From Candidatus Dadabacteria bacterium (GTDB taxonomy: Bacteria; Desulfobacterota_D; UBA1144; Nemesobacterales; Nemesobacteraceae): a stretch of DNA of 64,000 bases. A program made the position numbers and the translations under genes. The notes beneath the pieces were generated by a model. The model was not told the DNA's origin. It saw nothing but the letters and a program-made list of their open reading frames with translations, and made no database searches. The stretch's first letter is position 1, and every line of letters begins with the position of its first letter. The DNA lies in NCBI GenBank assembly GCA_951812735.1, contig OX638332.1, forward strand, positions 378,732 through 442,731. Reading direction: 5' to 3'. Of this stretch, positions 20,894 to 31,322 are shown piece after piece.

Positions 20894-21583
20894 CTAGGTC
20901 TTCTCCGGAGAATCCGCCTGCTCCTGCGGTTCGGAGGACTCGGTTTCGGTCACTTCGGCTTCGCCCTGTTCGTCCGCCTGACTCTCGACAGTTTCTTCTT
21001 GTTCGACCAGAGCAGGTTCTTCCGTGGATTTTTTCTTAGAACTTTTCTTCGGGGACTTGGCCTCGGTCACTTCGGCTTCGCCCTGTTCGCCCGCCAGACT
21101 CTCGGCAGTTTCTTCTTGTTCGACCAGACCAAGCTCTTCTGCGGATTTTTTCTTAGAACTTTCCTTCGATGCGCTCTCGGTCTGCGTCTTGGGCTTTGCC
21201 TTCCGCCTTTTTCTTTTGGCCTTGTATTCTTCGGTTACAAGCTCAATGAGTGAAATAGGAGCGTTATCTCCTCTTCTGTAACCAAGCTTCACTATTCTCG
21301 TGTAACCGCCGGGGCGTTCCATATATCTCTGGGCAAGTTCAGAGAAAAGTTTCTCCACAACGGCGCGGTCCCTTACATAGCCTAGAGCCTTTCTTCTCGC
21401 GTGAAGACTGCCGTTTTTACCAAGGGTTACGAGCTTCTCCACAACCCTTCTTATTTCCTTGGCCCTTGTGTCCGTCGTGTTTATCTTGCCGTTACGCAAG
21501 AGGTCGGTAGCCATATTGCGGAACATAGCCTTCCTGTGCTTCGTCGTAACTCCCAGCTTTCTTCCCGATTTTCTGTGTCGCAT
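20894..21583 (-). CDS. rplQ: 50S ribosomal protein L17 with ~100-aa acidic/lysine-rich C-terminal extension
   Basis: [11 protein letters not shown] start and a conserved L17 core to about residue 125, followed by a repeat-containing tail. Confidence 0.95.
   Translation of the reverse strand: MRHRKSGRKLGVTTKHRKAMFRNMATDLLRNGKINTTDTRAKEIRRVVEKLVTLGKNGSLHARRKALGYVRDRAVVEKLFSELAQRYMERPGGYTRIVKLGYRRGDNAPISLIELVTEEYKAKRKRRKAKPKTQTESASKESSKKKSAEELGLVEQEETAESLAGEQGEAEVTEAKSPKKSSKKKSTEEPALVEQEETVESQADEQGEAEVTETESSEPQEQADSPEKT
20948..21168. repeat. tandem direct duplication, 117-nt (39-codon) period, inside the rplQ tail
   Basis: GGTCACTTCGGCTTCGCCCTGTTCG... recurs at 20948 and 21065 with few mismatches. 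In protein terms: [26 protein letters not shown], twice. Confidence 0.9.
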
Positions 21584-21607
21584 CTTTTTATCGTATACGG
21601 ACCCTGA

Positions 21608-22633
21608 TTACTCCACGGCACTCTCAGAATTCCGCTTCTCCTTTTCCTTCTCAAAAACCTCAGTGTCTATAGCCATTCCGAGACTTAATCCCATCTCCTC
21701 AAGCCTCGCACTCATTTCCTCAAGCGAGGTTTTTCCGAAATTCTCAAGATCAAGAAGCTGCTGTTCCGTCTTCTGAACTACTTCCCCGATGTACTGTATT
21801 TCCGCCTTTTTAAGACAGTTTATAGACCTTACCGACAGCTCCACATCCTCTATGGGGATAAAAAGCTTGTCGTCGGTTCCGCTTATACCCATCGACTCTT
21901 CTTCTTCCACCTTGTCTGCTAGTTCCTCGTCAAAATCGATGAAGACATTTAGCTGCTGCTTGATAATCTTTGCACTGTAAGCAAGTGCCTCTTCGGGAAG
22001 AATCGTGCCGTTTGTCCATATCTCTATCGTTAGTTTCTGATAATCGGTTCTCTGCCCCACTCTGGCGTTGGTAACCGCGTAATTAACTTTCTTAACGGGA
22101 GAAAAGAACGCATCAACATGTATGAGACCTATTGACTTATGCGTCTCTCTTCTTGACACCGGCTCGTAGCCGCTTCCCATCTTTACGGTGAGTTCCATGT
22201 CAAGCTTCGCTTCATCCCCCAAAGTCGCTATGTGCTGTTCGCCGTTAACCACTTCCACCATGTGGGTCGTAGTTATGTCGGACGCCTTGATCTCTCCAGG
22301 ACCTTTCACATTCAGAGTTATCGTTTGCGGGTCGTAGGTATGCATTTTGAGATCCACTTCTTTGAGGTTCAGTACGATCTCTGTAACATCTTCCACAACT
22401 CCCGGTATGGTAGAGAACTCATGCGAAACCCCGTCTATCACAACGGCAGTAATCGCAGGACCCTGTATTGAGGATAGGAGAACCCTTCTTAATGCATTGC
22501 CAAGTGTAATGCCGTAGCCTGGTTCCAGAGGTTCGCAGATAAATTTGCCGTAGAAAGGAGTCGATACCTGCTCGTCTTTCTCAAGCGCTTTGGGGTACTG
22601 CAAATCTCTCCAGTTTTTCTGAAAATTCTCCAA
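21608..22633 (-). CDS. rpoA: DNA-directed RNA polymerase subunit alpha
   Basis: GITLGNALRRVLLSS motif, C-terminal domain LSVRSINCLKKA, 341 aa. Confidence 0.96.
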   Translation of the reverse strand: MENFQKNWRDLQYPKALEKDEQVSTPFYGKFICEPLEPGYGITLGNALRRVLLSSIQGPAITAVVIDGVSHEFSTIPGVVEDVTEIVLNLKEVDLKMHTYDPQTITLNVKGPGEIKASDITTTHMVEVVNGEQHIATLGDEAKLDMELTVKMGSGYEPVSRRETHKSIGLIHVDAFFSPVKKVNYAVTNARVGQRTDYQKLTIEIWTNGTILPEEALAYSAKIIKQQLNVFIDFDEELADKVEEEESMGISGTDDKLFIPIEDVELSVRSINCLKKAEIQYIGEVVQKTEQQLLDLENFGKTSLEEMSARLEEMGLSLGMAIDTEVFEKEKEKRNSESAVE

Positions 22634-22662
22634 GTTTCATCCCTCCGTCTGTGTCAAGTTTT

Positions 22663-23301
22663 TTAAACCCTTGAGTAAAATTCAACAATCAACTGTTCAT
22701 CTATTGGAACCGTCACGTCCTCTCTCTCGGGAAGCTTGGTCACAACCCCGCTGTAATTCTCCCTGTCAAGCTCAAGCCACTGGGGAAAACCCCTTCTCTC
22801 AAGGCCTTCAAGGGACTGATTTACATGGGGATTGCTTCTGGTCTTTGCCTTTATCTCTATTTTATTCCCCTGATTCACGCTGAAAGAGGGGATATCAACT
22901 CTTTTGCCGTCTACAAGAACATGTCCAAGCCAGACCAGGTGCCTGGCCTCGTTGCGAGAGCTTGCAAACCCTAACCGGTAGATCACATTGTCAAGCCTTC
23001 TCTCAAGAAGCAATATGAGCATGGCGCCGGTCACTCCGCTTCTTCTCGCCGCTTCGGCAAAATAACCGCTGAATTGTTTCTCGGTCAGCCCGTAAATACG
23101 CTTAACCTTCTGTTTTTCCCTTAATCTTATTCCGTAGTCAGAAAACTTGGAACGCCCAATCGAGGCCCCGTGAACTCCAGGTCCGCGGTTAGGCCTTTTC
23201 TGTATGGCGCACTTTGACGTATAACACCTAGCTCCCTTGAGAAAAAGCTGCTCGCCCTCTCTCCTGCAAAGCTTACAAGATGGTCCTCTATACCTAGCCA
23301 A
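22663..23301 (-). CDS. rpsD: 30S ribosomal protein S4
   Basis: MARYRGPSCKLCRREG start, 212 aa. Confidence 0.96.
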   Translation of the reverse strand: MARYRGPSCKLCRREGEQLFLKGARCYTSKCAIQKRPNRGPGVHGASIGRSKFSDYGIRLREKQKVKRIYGLTEKQFSGYFAEAARRSGVTGAMLILLLERRLDNVIYRLGFASSRNEARHLVWLGHVLVDGKRVDIPSFSVNQGNKIEIKAKTRSNPHVNQSLEGLERRGFPQWLELDRENYSGVVTKLPEREDVTVPIDEQLIVEFYSRV

Positions 23302-23352
23302 TTACCTTCTTCCTCCTCGCAAACGACATGAACACGACCTCTTTCATAATGC

Positions 23353-23736
23353 TTACACCCTCCTCCTTCCAGGAGGCCTGCAGCCATTATGGGGAATCGG
23401 GGTGACATCCTTTATAATCAGCACTTTAACTCCCGCGGCCTGAACGGCTCTTATAGCCGGCTCCCTTCCAGGACCGGGACCGCTTACGTAAACATTAGCA
23501 GACTTAAGTCCAAGGGTTTTTGCCTTCTTCGTCGCGTCATCCGCCGCCATTTGAGCCGCAAACGGCGTTCCCTTTCTCGTACCCTTAAATCCCCTGTTGC
23601 CGCCGCTTGACCAGGCTATGACGTTTCCCTTCATATCACTGACCGTGATTATCGTGTTGTTAAAAGTAGCCTGTATGTTGACCACTCCATGCTCAACGAA
23701 TTTCTTTGTTTTCTTCTTAGTGAATTTCTTGCTCAT
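23353..23736 (-). CDS. rpsK: 30S ribosomal protein S11
   Basis: [18 protein letters not shown] and [17 protein letters not shown]-terminus. Confidence 0.96.
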   Translation of the reverse strand: MSKKFTKKKTKKFVEHGVVNIQATFNNTIITVSDMKGNVIAWSSGGNRGFKGTRKGTPFAAQMAADDATKKAKTLGLKSANVYVSGPGPGREPAIRAVQAAGVKVLIIKDVTPIPHNGCRPPGRRRV

Positions 23737-23751
23737 CTATAAAGACCCTTC

Positions 23752-24132
23752 TTATTTCCCGGCTTTTTTCTTCTTCGCTATCGCAGTACCCCTGCGACCT
23801 TTTCTCGTTCTCGCGTTTGACTTGGTTTTTTGTCCCCTTACCGGAAGCCCTATCCTGTGCCTAATTCCCCTGTAGCATCCTATCTCTATGAGGCGCTTTA
23901 TATTAAGCTGAACCTCTTTTCTGAGGTCTCCCTCAACGGTGTACTCCCCTTCAATTATCGTCCTCAGTTTCGTTACTTCCTGATCGTCAAGCTCTCCAGA
24001 CTTCTTGTTTACGTCTATACCGGCCTTGGAAAGTATGACATTTGAAGTCGCCCTTCCTATACCGTAGATATACGTAAGACCTATCTCCACTCTTTTGTTA
24101 AGCGGTATGTCAACCCCTGCTATTCTAGGCAT
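23752..24132 (-). CDS. rpsM: 30S ribosomal protein S13
   Basis: [26 protein letters not shown] start. Confidence 0.96.
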   Translation of the reverse strand: MPRIAGVDIPLNKRVEIGLTYIYGIGRATSNVILSKAGIDVNKKSGELDDQEVTKLRTIIEGEYTVEGDLRKEVQLNIKRLIEIGCYRGIRHRIGLPVRGQKTKSNARTRKGRRGTAIAKKKKAGK

Positions 24133-24153
24133 TAAGGCATATCCTCCTGCACA

Positions 24154-24267
24154 CTATCCTTGTCTTTGTTTGTGTCTTTTGTTGACACAGATCACCCGCA
24201 CAACCCCCCTGCGTTTGATGATCTTGCACTTGTCGCATATTTTTTTTACCGATGCCCTAGTTTTCAC
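24154..24267 (-). CDS. rpmJ: 50S ribosomal protein L36
   Basis: GTG start at 24267 gives (M)[36 protein letters not shown], 37 aa. The 63-aa ORF in the track is an upstream over-extension. Confidence 0.9.
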   Translation of the reverse strand: MKTRASVKKICDKCKIIKRRGVVRVICVNKRHKQRQG

Positions 24268-24286
24268 CTTGCTTCTACCCCTGTTT

Positions 24287-24508
24287 TCACTTTTTGAGTC
24301 TGTAGGTAATTCTTCCCTTTGTAAGATCGTAGGGAGATATCTCAAGCTTTACCCTGTCTCCAGGAAGTATCCTTATGAACCTAGTTCTCATTTTGCCGGA
24401 GACATAAGCCAACACCTCGTGATTGTTCTCTATCTCAACCATAAACATCGCGTTGGGCAAAGCTTTCGTTATAGTTCCTTCAAACTCTATCTTTTCTTCT
24501 TTCTCCAT
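24287..24508 (-). CDS. infA: translation initiation factor IF-1
   Basis: [34 protein letters not shown], 73 aa. Confidence 0.96.
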   Translation of the reverse strand: MEKEEKIEFEGTITKALPNAMFMVEIENNHEVLAYVSGKMRTRFIRILPGDRVKLEISPYDLTKGRITYRLKK

Positions 24509-24517
24509 TCCCTGTTC

Positions 24518-25282
24518 CTAGTGAATCCTTTCGGTAAGAATCTCAGGACCATTGTCCGTAAGAGCCACCGTATGCTCAAAATGAGCGGAAAGTTTACCAT
24601 CATAAGTAACCGCCGTCCACCCGTCTTCAAGTATCTTCGTTCTCTCAGACCCCTCATTAACCATAGGTTCTATGGCCATTACCATCCCGGAACAAAGCGT
24701 TACTCCCCGTCCTTTGCCGTTGGGTGGAATAAAATTCGGTATCTGCGGCTCCTCATGAAGCTCTTTGCCTATGCCATGGCCGACAAAATCCCTGACTATC
24801 GAAAAACCCTCGTTTTCTACATAAGTCTGTATCTCTTTTGATATGTCCATAACCCTGTTTGAGTTTCTCACCACCTCTATGCCCCTGTAGAGAGAATTTC
24901 TGGTAACCCGAAGCAGTTTCTCGGCAACGGGCCTGATTTTACCGATCGCAACCGTTATTGCCGAGTCGGCGTAATAACCGTCGAGCAGCACCCCGAAATC
25001 TATCCCTACTATGTCTCCTTCCCTGAGCACCTTTTTTTTCGAGGGAATGCCGTGCACTATCTCTTCGTTAAGAGCAAAACACACCGACGCGGGGTAATTC
25101 GCATAACCTTTAAAAGCGGCCTTAAAGCCTCCAGAGGCACACATTCTCTCCGCAATCTCGTTAAGCTCCCAGGTAGTCACTCCTTCCTTTGCCTCCTCCT
25201 CAAGCCTCATAAGCACTTCGGAAACCACCCTGCCAGCGGCCCTCATACGTTTGAGTTCTTCTCTGTTCTTCAAGCGAATCAT
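24518..25282 (-). CDS. map: type I methionine aminopeptidase
   Basis: Conserved GIDFGVLLDGYYAD and HFEHTVALT metal-site motifs. Confidence 0.94.
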   Translation of the reverse strand: MIRLKNREELKRMRAAGRVVSEVLMRLEEEAKEGVTTWELNEIAERMCASGGFKAAFKGYANYPASVCFALNEEIVHGIPSKKKVLREGDIVGIDFGVLLDGYYADSAITVAIGKIRPVAEKLLRVTRNSLYRGIEVVRNSNRVMDISKEIQTYVENEGFSIVRDFVGHGIGKELHEEPQIPNFIPPNGKGRGVTLCSGMVMAIEPMVNEGSERTKILEDGWTAVTYDGKLSAHFEHTVALTDNGPEILTERIH

Positions 25283-25848
25283 TACTGCAACTGTTTCAAT
25301 ACGCCGTCTATTCTCTCGGCGATATCCGATATCTGCCCCACTCCTTCAACCGTGCGCAACACACCGATCTTTTCATAAAAATCCTTAAGAGGAGAGGTCT
25401 GGTCCTTGTAAACCCTGAGTCTGTTCATTATCACATCTTCCGTGTCGTCCAGTCTGCCCTCTTTTTCCTGGCGTTTAATTATCCGCTGCACAACCTCCTG
25501 ATCCGGAACTTCAAGAGAAATAACCGCGTCAATGCCGATTCCTGCATCGGCGAGAATACTGTCAAGAGATCTTGCCTGCTCCAGAGTTCTCGGGAAACCG
25601 TCAAGCATAAAACCTCCCTCGCCAAGCGCGGAGATTTTCTGTCTTATTATTTCCGTCACGACTTCATCGGGCACAAGCTCTCCCTTGTCCATAAAAGATT
25701 TGGCGTAAAGTCCGACCTCGGTCCCATTTCTCATGGCTTCACGAAGAACATCCCCGGTTGATATATGCTCAACTTCGTATTTCTCCCTTATTAAATCAGC
25801 CTGCGTTCCTTTTCCCGCCCCTGGTGGTCCAAACAGTATAAGTCTCAT
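25282..25848 (-). CDS. adk: adenylate kinase (short-LID form)
   Basis: MRLILFGPPGAGKGTQ P-loop. 188 aa, with no Cys4 LID insertion. Confidence 0.93.
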   Translation of the reverse strand: MRLILFGPPGAGKGTQADLIREKYEVEHISTGDVLREAMRNGTEVGLYAKSFMDKGELVPDEVVTEIIRQKISALGEGGFMLDGFPRTLEQARSLDSILADAGIGIDAVISLEVPDQEVVQRIIKRQEKEGRLDDTEDVIMNRLRVYKDQTSPLKDFYEKIGVLRTVEGVGQISDIAERIDGVLKQLQ

Positions 25849-25871
25849 AGTCCTCGGTATTCTCCTTTTCG

Positions 25872-27200
25872 TCAGAACCTGTACCTCTGCGGTTCTTTCA
25901 TGCCCCTCTTTTTCATAAATCCTTCGTAACTGTGAGTTATCAGAAAAGATTCGATCTGCTGCATGAAATCGAGCGTTACCCCTATTACGATCAGAAGCGA
26001 CACGCCCCCGAAGTAAAACGGCAGATTAAAAGGCTCTCTCTCAAGAAAGGCCGGCAGCACACAGACCGCCGCCACATATATAGCTCCTATGAACGTAATT
26101 TTCCCCAGCACACTCCCTATGTATTCAGATGTCTTCCTGCCCGGTCTTATTCCCGGTATGTTCCCCCCGTTTTTCCTCAGGTTATCGGAGAGGTCGTCCG
26201 GGTCGTATATGATTGAAGTATAGAAGAAAGCGAAAAATATTATGAGTATGGCGAAGATCAGGTTGTATACGAACACGTTCTGGAACACTAGGTCCGAGAA
26301 ACTGCGAAGAGCCGGGACATCAGCGAACGTAACGATCGTGGCTGGGAAGATAAGAAGCGAGGAAGCGAAAATCGGCGGGATAACTCCCGAAGGATTAGTT
26401 TTAAGCGGCAGATGGGAACTCTGTCCTCCCATTACCTTTCTTCCAACAACTCTTCTTGGATACTGAACCGGTATTTTCCTGTAGGAACGCTCGAAATAAA
26501 CTATAAGACCCATAAGAAGACCGAGGAAAACAAAAATAAGAAGAACTCCGAGAATACTAATGTCCCCGGTACCGACAAGCCTCGAGAGGTTCCAGAAGGC
26601 CCCTGGAATACTGGCGATTATCGACGCGGCAATAAGAAGAGACATGCCGTTTCCGATTCCGTTTTCGGTTATCTGCTCCCCAAGCCACATAACGAAAAGT
26701 CCGCCCGCGGTAAGGGTTAGAACCGCCGTGATCTTGAACATCAGTCCGGGATCCGTAACGGCGCTTGCAACTGTCGCCGCTCCTACTCCGCCACGCTCAA
26801 GGGTAACGGCCAGCATAAAACCCTGGACAAGGCATATAAGAACCGTACCGTACCTTGTGTACTGGTTTATTCTTCTCCTTCCTGCGTCGCCCTCCTTCTG
26901 CATGGCTTCAAGTGAAGGAAAGGCTTTTACCAGAAGCGACATGATGATTGACGCAGTAATATAGGGCATCACTCCCAGCGCGAAAATTGATGCCTGCTCA
27001 AGCGCTCCCCCGGAGAACATGTTAAGTATGTCGAAGATCGTGCCGCGGGTCTGCTCGAACATCTTGGCAATCTGATCCGGATCGATTCCCGGAATCGGAA
27101 CGAAAACCCCCGCCCTGTAGACAACGAGCATCGCGGCCGTGAAAAGAAGCTTCCTGTTAAGCTCGGGAATTCTGGGAAGTGACGCGACGTTACTGCTCAT
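25872..27200 (-). CDS. secY: preprotein translocase subunit SecY
   Basis: 442 aa, 10 TM pattern, canonical position after rplO. Confidence 0.95.
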   Translation of the reverse strand: MSSNVASLPRIPELNRKLLFTAAMLVVYRAGVFVPIPGIDPDQIAKMFEQTRGTIFDILNMFSGGALEQASIFALGVMPYITASIIMSLLVKAFPSLEAMQKEGDAGRRRINQYTRYGTVLICLVQGFMLAVTLERGGVGAATVASAVTDPGLMFKITAVLTLTAGGLFVMWLGEQITENGIGNGMSLLIAASIIASIPGAFWNLSRLVGTGDISILGVLLIFVFLGLLMGLIVYFERSYRKIPVQYPRRVVGRKVMGGQSSHLPLKTNPSGVIPPIFASSLLIFPATIVTFADVPALRSFSDLVFQNVFVYNLIFAILIIFFAFFYTSIIYDPDDLSDNLRKNGGNIPGIRPGRKTSEYIGSVLGKITFIGAIYVAAVCVLPAFLEREPFNLPFYFGGVSLLIVIGVTLDFMQQIESFLITHSYEGFMKKRGMKEPQRYRF

Positions 27201-27628
27201 ACTATTTCCACTTTGCCTCCGGCGTCGCTTATCTTGCGCGCGGCTGCCTCGCTGCAGGCGTTAACCGTTACGGAAAGCGCCGTAGAAACCTGCCCGGTGG
27301 CCAGAAGTTTCACAGGCTTCTTGCCGCTGACTATTCCCGCCTCGGCAAGCATCTGGATCGTAACCGACCCCGCATCCGCGAAACGCTCAAGATCCTTCAG
27401 GTTCACTAAATCGTACTGCTTTTTGAATATGTTCGTAAAACCTCTTTTCGGGCTTCTCATTTTAAGGGGGGTCTGACCACCTTCAAACCACCTGGATACC
27501 CCTCCCCCCGAACGGGACCCCTGGCCCTTGTGCCCTCTCCCGCTGGTCTTCCCCTGAGAGCCTGCGCCTCTTCCTACCCTTTTTCTTTTTGCTTTCGATC
27601 CCTTAACCGGTGAAAGTTCGTTTAACAT
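27197..27628 (-). CDS. rplO: 50S ribosomal protein L15
   Basis: KRVGRGAGSQGKTSGRGHKGQ motif. Confidence 0.95.
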   Translation of the reverse strand: MLNELSPVKGSKAKRKRVGRGAGSQGKTSGRGHKGQGSRSGGGVSRWFEGGQTPLKMRSPKRGFTNIFKKQYDLVNLKDLERFADAGSVTIQMLAEAGIVSGKKPVKLLATGQVSTALSVTVNACSEAAARKISDAGGKVEIV

Positions 27629-27660
27629 TTTCTTTTCCGCTCCGTTGCCAGGCGCGTGTT

Positions 27661-28197
27661 CTACCGCACCGAGTCGTAGTAACCAGGAAGATCAAGGTCC
27701 TTTATTTCCTTGTTCCTCGTCTTCGCAATTTCTTCGGGAACATGAAGTTCCGAGAATCCTTTTATAACCGCCATAACAACATTAAGCGGATTCCTCGATC
27801 CAACAACCTTGGAGAGAACATCGTGTATTCCGGCAAGTTCGACAACAGCACGCACAGCGCCACCCGCTATAACTCCCGTACCCGGGGAAGCAGGCAGAAG
27901 CATAATTTTGCTTGACACATATTCCGTACGAACCCCGTGGGGTATAGTGGTTCCATTTCGCGGCACTCTTATAAGACTTTTCTTGGCTTTTTCAACCGCT
28001 TTTCTGACGGCATCCGGAACCTCATTTGACTTTCCAAGACCGGCTCCCACAATTCCGTCGGAGTTTCCGACCACAGCAAGAACAGTAAAGTGGAATCTCT
28101 TCCCGCCCTTGGTCACCTTCGCGACCCTCCTTATGTGAACCACTTTTTCCTGCAATTCAAGTTCCGCCGGGTTTATTTTCTCCTCTGCCAAGATCAA
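27661..28197 (-). CDS. rpsE: 30S ribosomal protein S5
   Basis: VHIRRVAKVTKGGKRFHFTVLAVVGN motif. Confidence 0.95.
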   Translation of the reverse strand: MILAEEKINPAELELQEKVVHIRRVAKVTKGGKRFHFTVLAVVGNSDGIVGAGLGKSNEVPDAVRKAVEKAKKSLIRVPRNGTTIPHGVRTEYVSSKIMLLPASPGTGVIAGGAVRAVVELAGIHDVLSKVVGSRNPLNVVMAVIKGFSELHVPEEIAKTRNKEIKDLDLPGYYDSVR

Positions 28198-28215
28198 AGC
28201 CTCCTTATTCTTCTC

Positions 28216-28590
28216 TTAAAACTCCACTCCAGCCTCACGGATTCCATCCGCAAGCGACTTTATTCTTCCGTGATAAGCGTAGCCCCCTCTGTCAAAACGT
28301 ACCTTGGTTATACCCTTTTCAACGGCCATTTCTCCTAGATGCTTTCCAACTTCTTTAGCAATCTCAGCTTTCTTCATATTTTCCCCTGAAAACCTCTTTT
28401 TCGTTTCAGAAAACATTGTCGATGCCTGGACAAGGGTAACTTCCGCCGTATCGTCTATCAGCTGGGCGTATATATGCCTTGCCGAACGGAAAACGGAGAC
28501 TCTCGGCACCTCTGCGGTGCCTGCTATCTTCTTTCTCACGGTAAGATGCCTTCTTTTACGCGCAAGGTTTCTGCTTTTTTTCTTTATCAT
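28216..28590 (-). CDS. rplR: 50S ribosomal protein L18
   Basis: [19 protein letters not shown] and [18 protein letters not shown] motifs. Confidence 0.95.
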   Translation of the reverse strand: MIKKKSRNLARKRRHLTVRKKIAGTAEVPRVSVFRSARHIYAQLIDDTAEVTLVQASTMFSETKKRFSGENMKKAEIAKEVGKHLGEMAVEKGITKVRFDRGGYAYHGRIKSLADGIREAGVEF

Positions 28591-29138
28591 TACTTAGCCG
28601 CTCCAGCTTTTCCGGGTTTAAGCCTCAATCTCTCTCCCTCGTAACGAACGCCTTTACCCTTATAGGAATCGGGCGGTCTTACCTTTCTTATGCGTGCCGC
28701 GGTCTCTCCCACAAGCTGCTTGTCAATTCCGTGAAGCGAAAGCAGTGTGCCCCGTTCCTCAACCGTAGCATCCACTCCTTGTGGAAGGGGAAAATCAACC
28801 GGATGGGAGTAACCGAGTGAGAGCCTGAGCTCCGTTTTTCCCACAAGATCCGCCTTGTAACCCGTACCGGTTATGCGAAGGATTTTCGTAAACCCTTCAC
28901 TCACCCCTATTACGGAATTGTTAATGAGGCTTCGCGTAAGACCATGAAAAGACTTTATTCTTTTCTCTTCGCTTTGTCTGGAAACAACCACCGCTCCGTC
29001 GGCAATCGCGGCTTGTATCCCCTCGGGCACGGGAACTTCAAGACTTCCCTTGGGACCCTTGATCTCGATTGCTCCTTGCCCCGGCGTCGCCGTTACACCG
29101 TCGGGAATAACCACTGGTTTTGTTCCTATTCTTGACAT
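28590..29138 (-). CDS. rplF: 50S ribosomal protein L6
   Basis: [15 protein letters not shown] start, [15 protein letters not shown] near the C-terminus. Confidence 0.95.
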   Translation of the reverse strand: MSRIGTKPVVIPDGVTATPGQGAIEIKGPKGSLEVPVPEGIQAAIADGAVVVSRQSEEKRIKSFHGLTRSLINNSVIGVSEGFTKILRITGTGYKADLVGKTELRLSLGYSHPVDFPLPQGVDATVEERGTLLSLHGIDKQLVGETAARIRKVRPPDSYKGKGVRYEGERLRLKPGKAGAAK

Positions 29139-29148
29139 CCGTCTGTCC

Positions 29149-29541
29149 TCAGATCACCGTGCAGAGAATCTCACCGCCTATCCTCTTGTTCCTTGCTGCA
29201 ACTCCGGTCATTATTCCGCTAGAAGTGGAGAGTATTGAAATTCCCATTCCTCCCCTGACCCTCGGAATATCATCTTTGCCCACGTAAACCCTTCTTGACG
29301 GCTTGCTTATTCTCTTTATCTCTTCTATGGTTCCCTTGCCGTCAGGACCGTACCTGAGCTTGATGGTTATGGTCTTCTTCACACCTTCTTCAGTGGTTTT
29401 GTAGCTCTCCACGTAGCCCTCTTCGGCAAGAACCCTGGTAATCTCGCCTTTTATGACCGAACCGGGAATCTCGACATGGTCGTGACCGGCCATAAAGGCG
29501 TTCCTTATCCTAGTTAACATATCTGCAATCGGATCCGTCAT
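29149..29541 (-). CDS. rpsH: 30S ribosomal protein S8
   Basis: Canonical start MTDPIADMLTRIRNA at 29541. The track ORF (to 29607) runs into rpsN and is an over-extension. Confidence 0.93.
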   Translation of the reverse strand: MTDPIADMLTRIRNAFMAGHDHVEIPGSVIKGEITRVLAEEGYVESYKTTEEGVKKTITIKLRYGPDGKGTIEEIKRISKPSRRVYVGKDDIPRVRGGMGISILSTSSGIMTGVAARNKRIGGEILCTVI

Positions 29542-29560
29542 TTTTTCTCCAATATGTCTC

Positions 29561-29746
29561 TTAAAAACTCGCCTTTCTGACGCCCGGAAGATGTCCCCTG
29601 CTGGCAAGAGACCTGAAACAGATTCTGCATATGCCGAACTTTCTCATAAAACCTCTCGGCCTTCCGCAAAGTCCGCAACGGTTAACCGCACGTACGCGAA
29701 ACTTCGGCTTTCTCTTCGATTTCTCAAGTAACGCTTTTCTTGTCAT
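29561..29746 (-). CDS. rpsN: 30S ribosomal protein S14, short zinc-binding (type Z) form
   Basis: 61 aa, with [22 protein letters not shown] Cys4 motif. Confidence 0.94.
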   Translation of the reverse strand: MTRKALLEKSKRKPKFRVRAVNRCGLCGRPRGFMRKFGICRICFRSLASRGHLPGVRKASF

Positions 29747-29758
29747 GATTCCTCCCTT

Positions 29759-30313
29759 TTAATTATTCGCAAACGGCACCCCGAGACGGGAGAGAAGCTC
29801 CAGGGCCTCAGTGTCCGTTTTTGAAGTCGTAATCAGGCTAACGTTCATCCCCTTGTTATGCTGAACCTTACTGTAGTCTATTTCAGGAAAAACCAGATGC
29901 TCCCTTATTCCCATAGTGTAATTGCCCGAACCGTCAAAAGCCCGCGGCGATAAACCCTTGAAATCTCTGACTCTCGGAAGAGCAAGATTCACCAAGCGGT
30001 CGAAAAACTCATACATCCTCTCTCCACGGAGCGTAACCATGCACCCTATTGGCTGGCCTTCCCTGAGCTTAAAACCGGCAACGGACTTCCGCGCCTTGGT
30101 AATAACCGGCTTTTGCCCCGTTATGTCCGCAAGCTCCGATACAGATTCATCTATTATCTTCGTCTGCCTTCCGGCTTCACTAAGCCTCCCGAGCCCCATG
30201 TTCACTACGATTTTCTCAAGCTTCGGAACCTGCATAGCGTTTCCGTAGGAGAACTTTTCAATCAGCGCGGGTACGACCTCGCCTTTATACAGAGACTTTA
30301 TTCTCGGAGTCAT
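29759..30313 (-). CDS. rplE: 50S ribosomal protein L5
   Basis: [14 protein letters not shown] motif, 184 aa. Confidence 0.95.
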   Translation of the reverse strand: MTPRIKSLYKGEVVPALIEKFSYGNAMQVPKLEKIVVNMGLGRLSEAGRQTKIIDESVSELADITGQKPVITKARKSVAGFKLREGQPIGCMVTLRGERMYEFFDRLVNLALPRVRDFKGLSPRAFDGSGNYTMGIREHLVFPEIDYSKVQHNKGMNVSLITTSKTDTEALELLSRLGVPFANN

Positions 30314-30317
30314 TTCC

Positions 30318-30647
30318 TCAGATTTCCTTTCCAGTTTTTCTGTTGTATCTAACTTTCTTGCCGTCCTCGCCGGTTCTGTACCCGATCTTTACCGGTCCCC
30401 CGTCCTCAGAATCGTAGAGCATCAGGTTTGATACATGGATCCCGGCCTCTTTCTCAACGATGCCACCGGCGGGGTTTTTCTGCGTCGGGCGGCTATGTCT
30501 CTTTATGATATTGAGTTTTTCCACAAAGGCTTTTTCTGCGTCCCTGTCAATCCTCAGCACCTTACCGGTCTTCCCCTTCTCCTTGCCCGCAGCTACGTAG
30601 ACCGTATCCCCTGCCTTTATGTGAAACTTTCTCCTCCCAGTGGACAT
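30318..30647 (-). CDS. rplX: 50S ribosomal protein L24
   Basis: [27 protein letters not shown] motif. Confidence 0.95.
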   Translation of the reverse strand: MSTGRRKFHIKAGDTVYVAAGKEKGKTGKVLRIDRDAEKAFVEKLNIIKRHSRPTQKNPAGGIVEKEAGIHVSNLMLYDSEDGGPVKIGYRTGEDGKKVRYNRKTGKEI

Positions 30648-30649
30648 GT

Positions 30650-31018
30650 TCAGACAACCTCCGGGGCAAGTGAGATGATTTTCATAAAACCCTTGAATCT
30701 CAATTCACGCGCGATCGGCCCAAAGACCCTCGTTCCTATAGGCTCGTTTTCCTTGTCTACTATGACAGCGGCGTTGTTATCAAAGCGCACGTAGGTGCCA
30801 TCCGGCCTTCTCTGCTCCTTTCTCACCCTCACTATTACCGCCTTGTACACAGAACCCTTCTCCACCTTGGACTTCGGAATAGCCTGCTTGACCGAAACCA
30901 CAACCACATCTCCCAGACGCGCGTATTTTCTTCCGGAGCCTCCCAGAACTTTTATGCAGAACAATCTTTTAGCCCCCGTGTTATCCGCCGAGTCCAGATA
31001 TGTGCTTGACTGAATCAT
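30650..31018 (-). CDS. rplN: 50S ribosomal protein L14
   Basis: [27 protein letters not shown] start. Confidence 0.96.
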   Translation of the reverse strand: MIQSSTYLDSADNTGAKRLFCIKVLGGSGRKYARLGDVVVVSVKQAIPKSKVEKGSVYKAVIVRVRKEQRRPDGTYVRFDNNAAVIVDKENEPIGTRVFGPIARELRFKGFMKIISLAPEVV

Positions 31019-31057
31019 TTCTTCTCTCCCGTCGTCTGGGGAATCAAAACCCCCGTC

Positions 31058-31318
31058 TTACGCGCTTGCGGCCTGACTGACCACTTTGCTTAGTCTCCAC
31101 CTTTTGGTCTTGCTGTGGGGCCTTGACTCCATTATTACCACCTTGTCTCCGATGTTGCACTCGTTGCGCTCGTCATGGACCTTGAATCGCCTGCTGACCC
31201 TTACCTGCTTTTTATACCGACCGTGACTTTTCGTGCGCTGCACTTCCACAACCGCAGTCTTATCCATTTTGTTACCTACCACTACTCCCGTTCTCGTCTT
31301 TAACTTTCCTCTTTCCAT
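31058..31318 (-). CDS. rpsQ: 30S ribosomal protein S17
   Basis: GVVVGNKMDKTAVVEVQR and HDERNECNIGDKVVIMESRP motifs. Confidence 0.95.
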   Translation of the reverse strand: MERGKLKTRTGVVVGNKMDKTAVVEVQRTKSHGRYKKQVRVSRRFKVHDERNECNIGDKVVIMESRPHSKTKRWRLSKVVSQAASA

Positions 31319-31322
31319 AGAA

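Noticed and set aside
24095-24841. 248-aa + strand ORF
   Set aside because: It runs antisense across rpsM, rpmJ, infA and map, so it spans four real genes and their spacers. It is spurious.
25282-25848. Adenylate kinase of only 188 aa lacking the zinc/LID insertion
   Set aside because: Short-LID adenylate kinases are known in several bacterial lineages, so this is not unusual on its own.
29542-29607. 22-codon N-terminal extension of S8 in the ORF track
   Set aside because: The canonical S8 start MTDPIADMLTRIRNA is at 29541. The extension would overlap the rpsN coding end.
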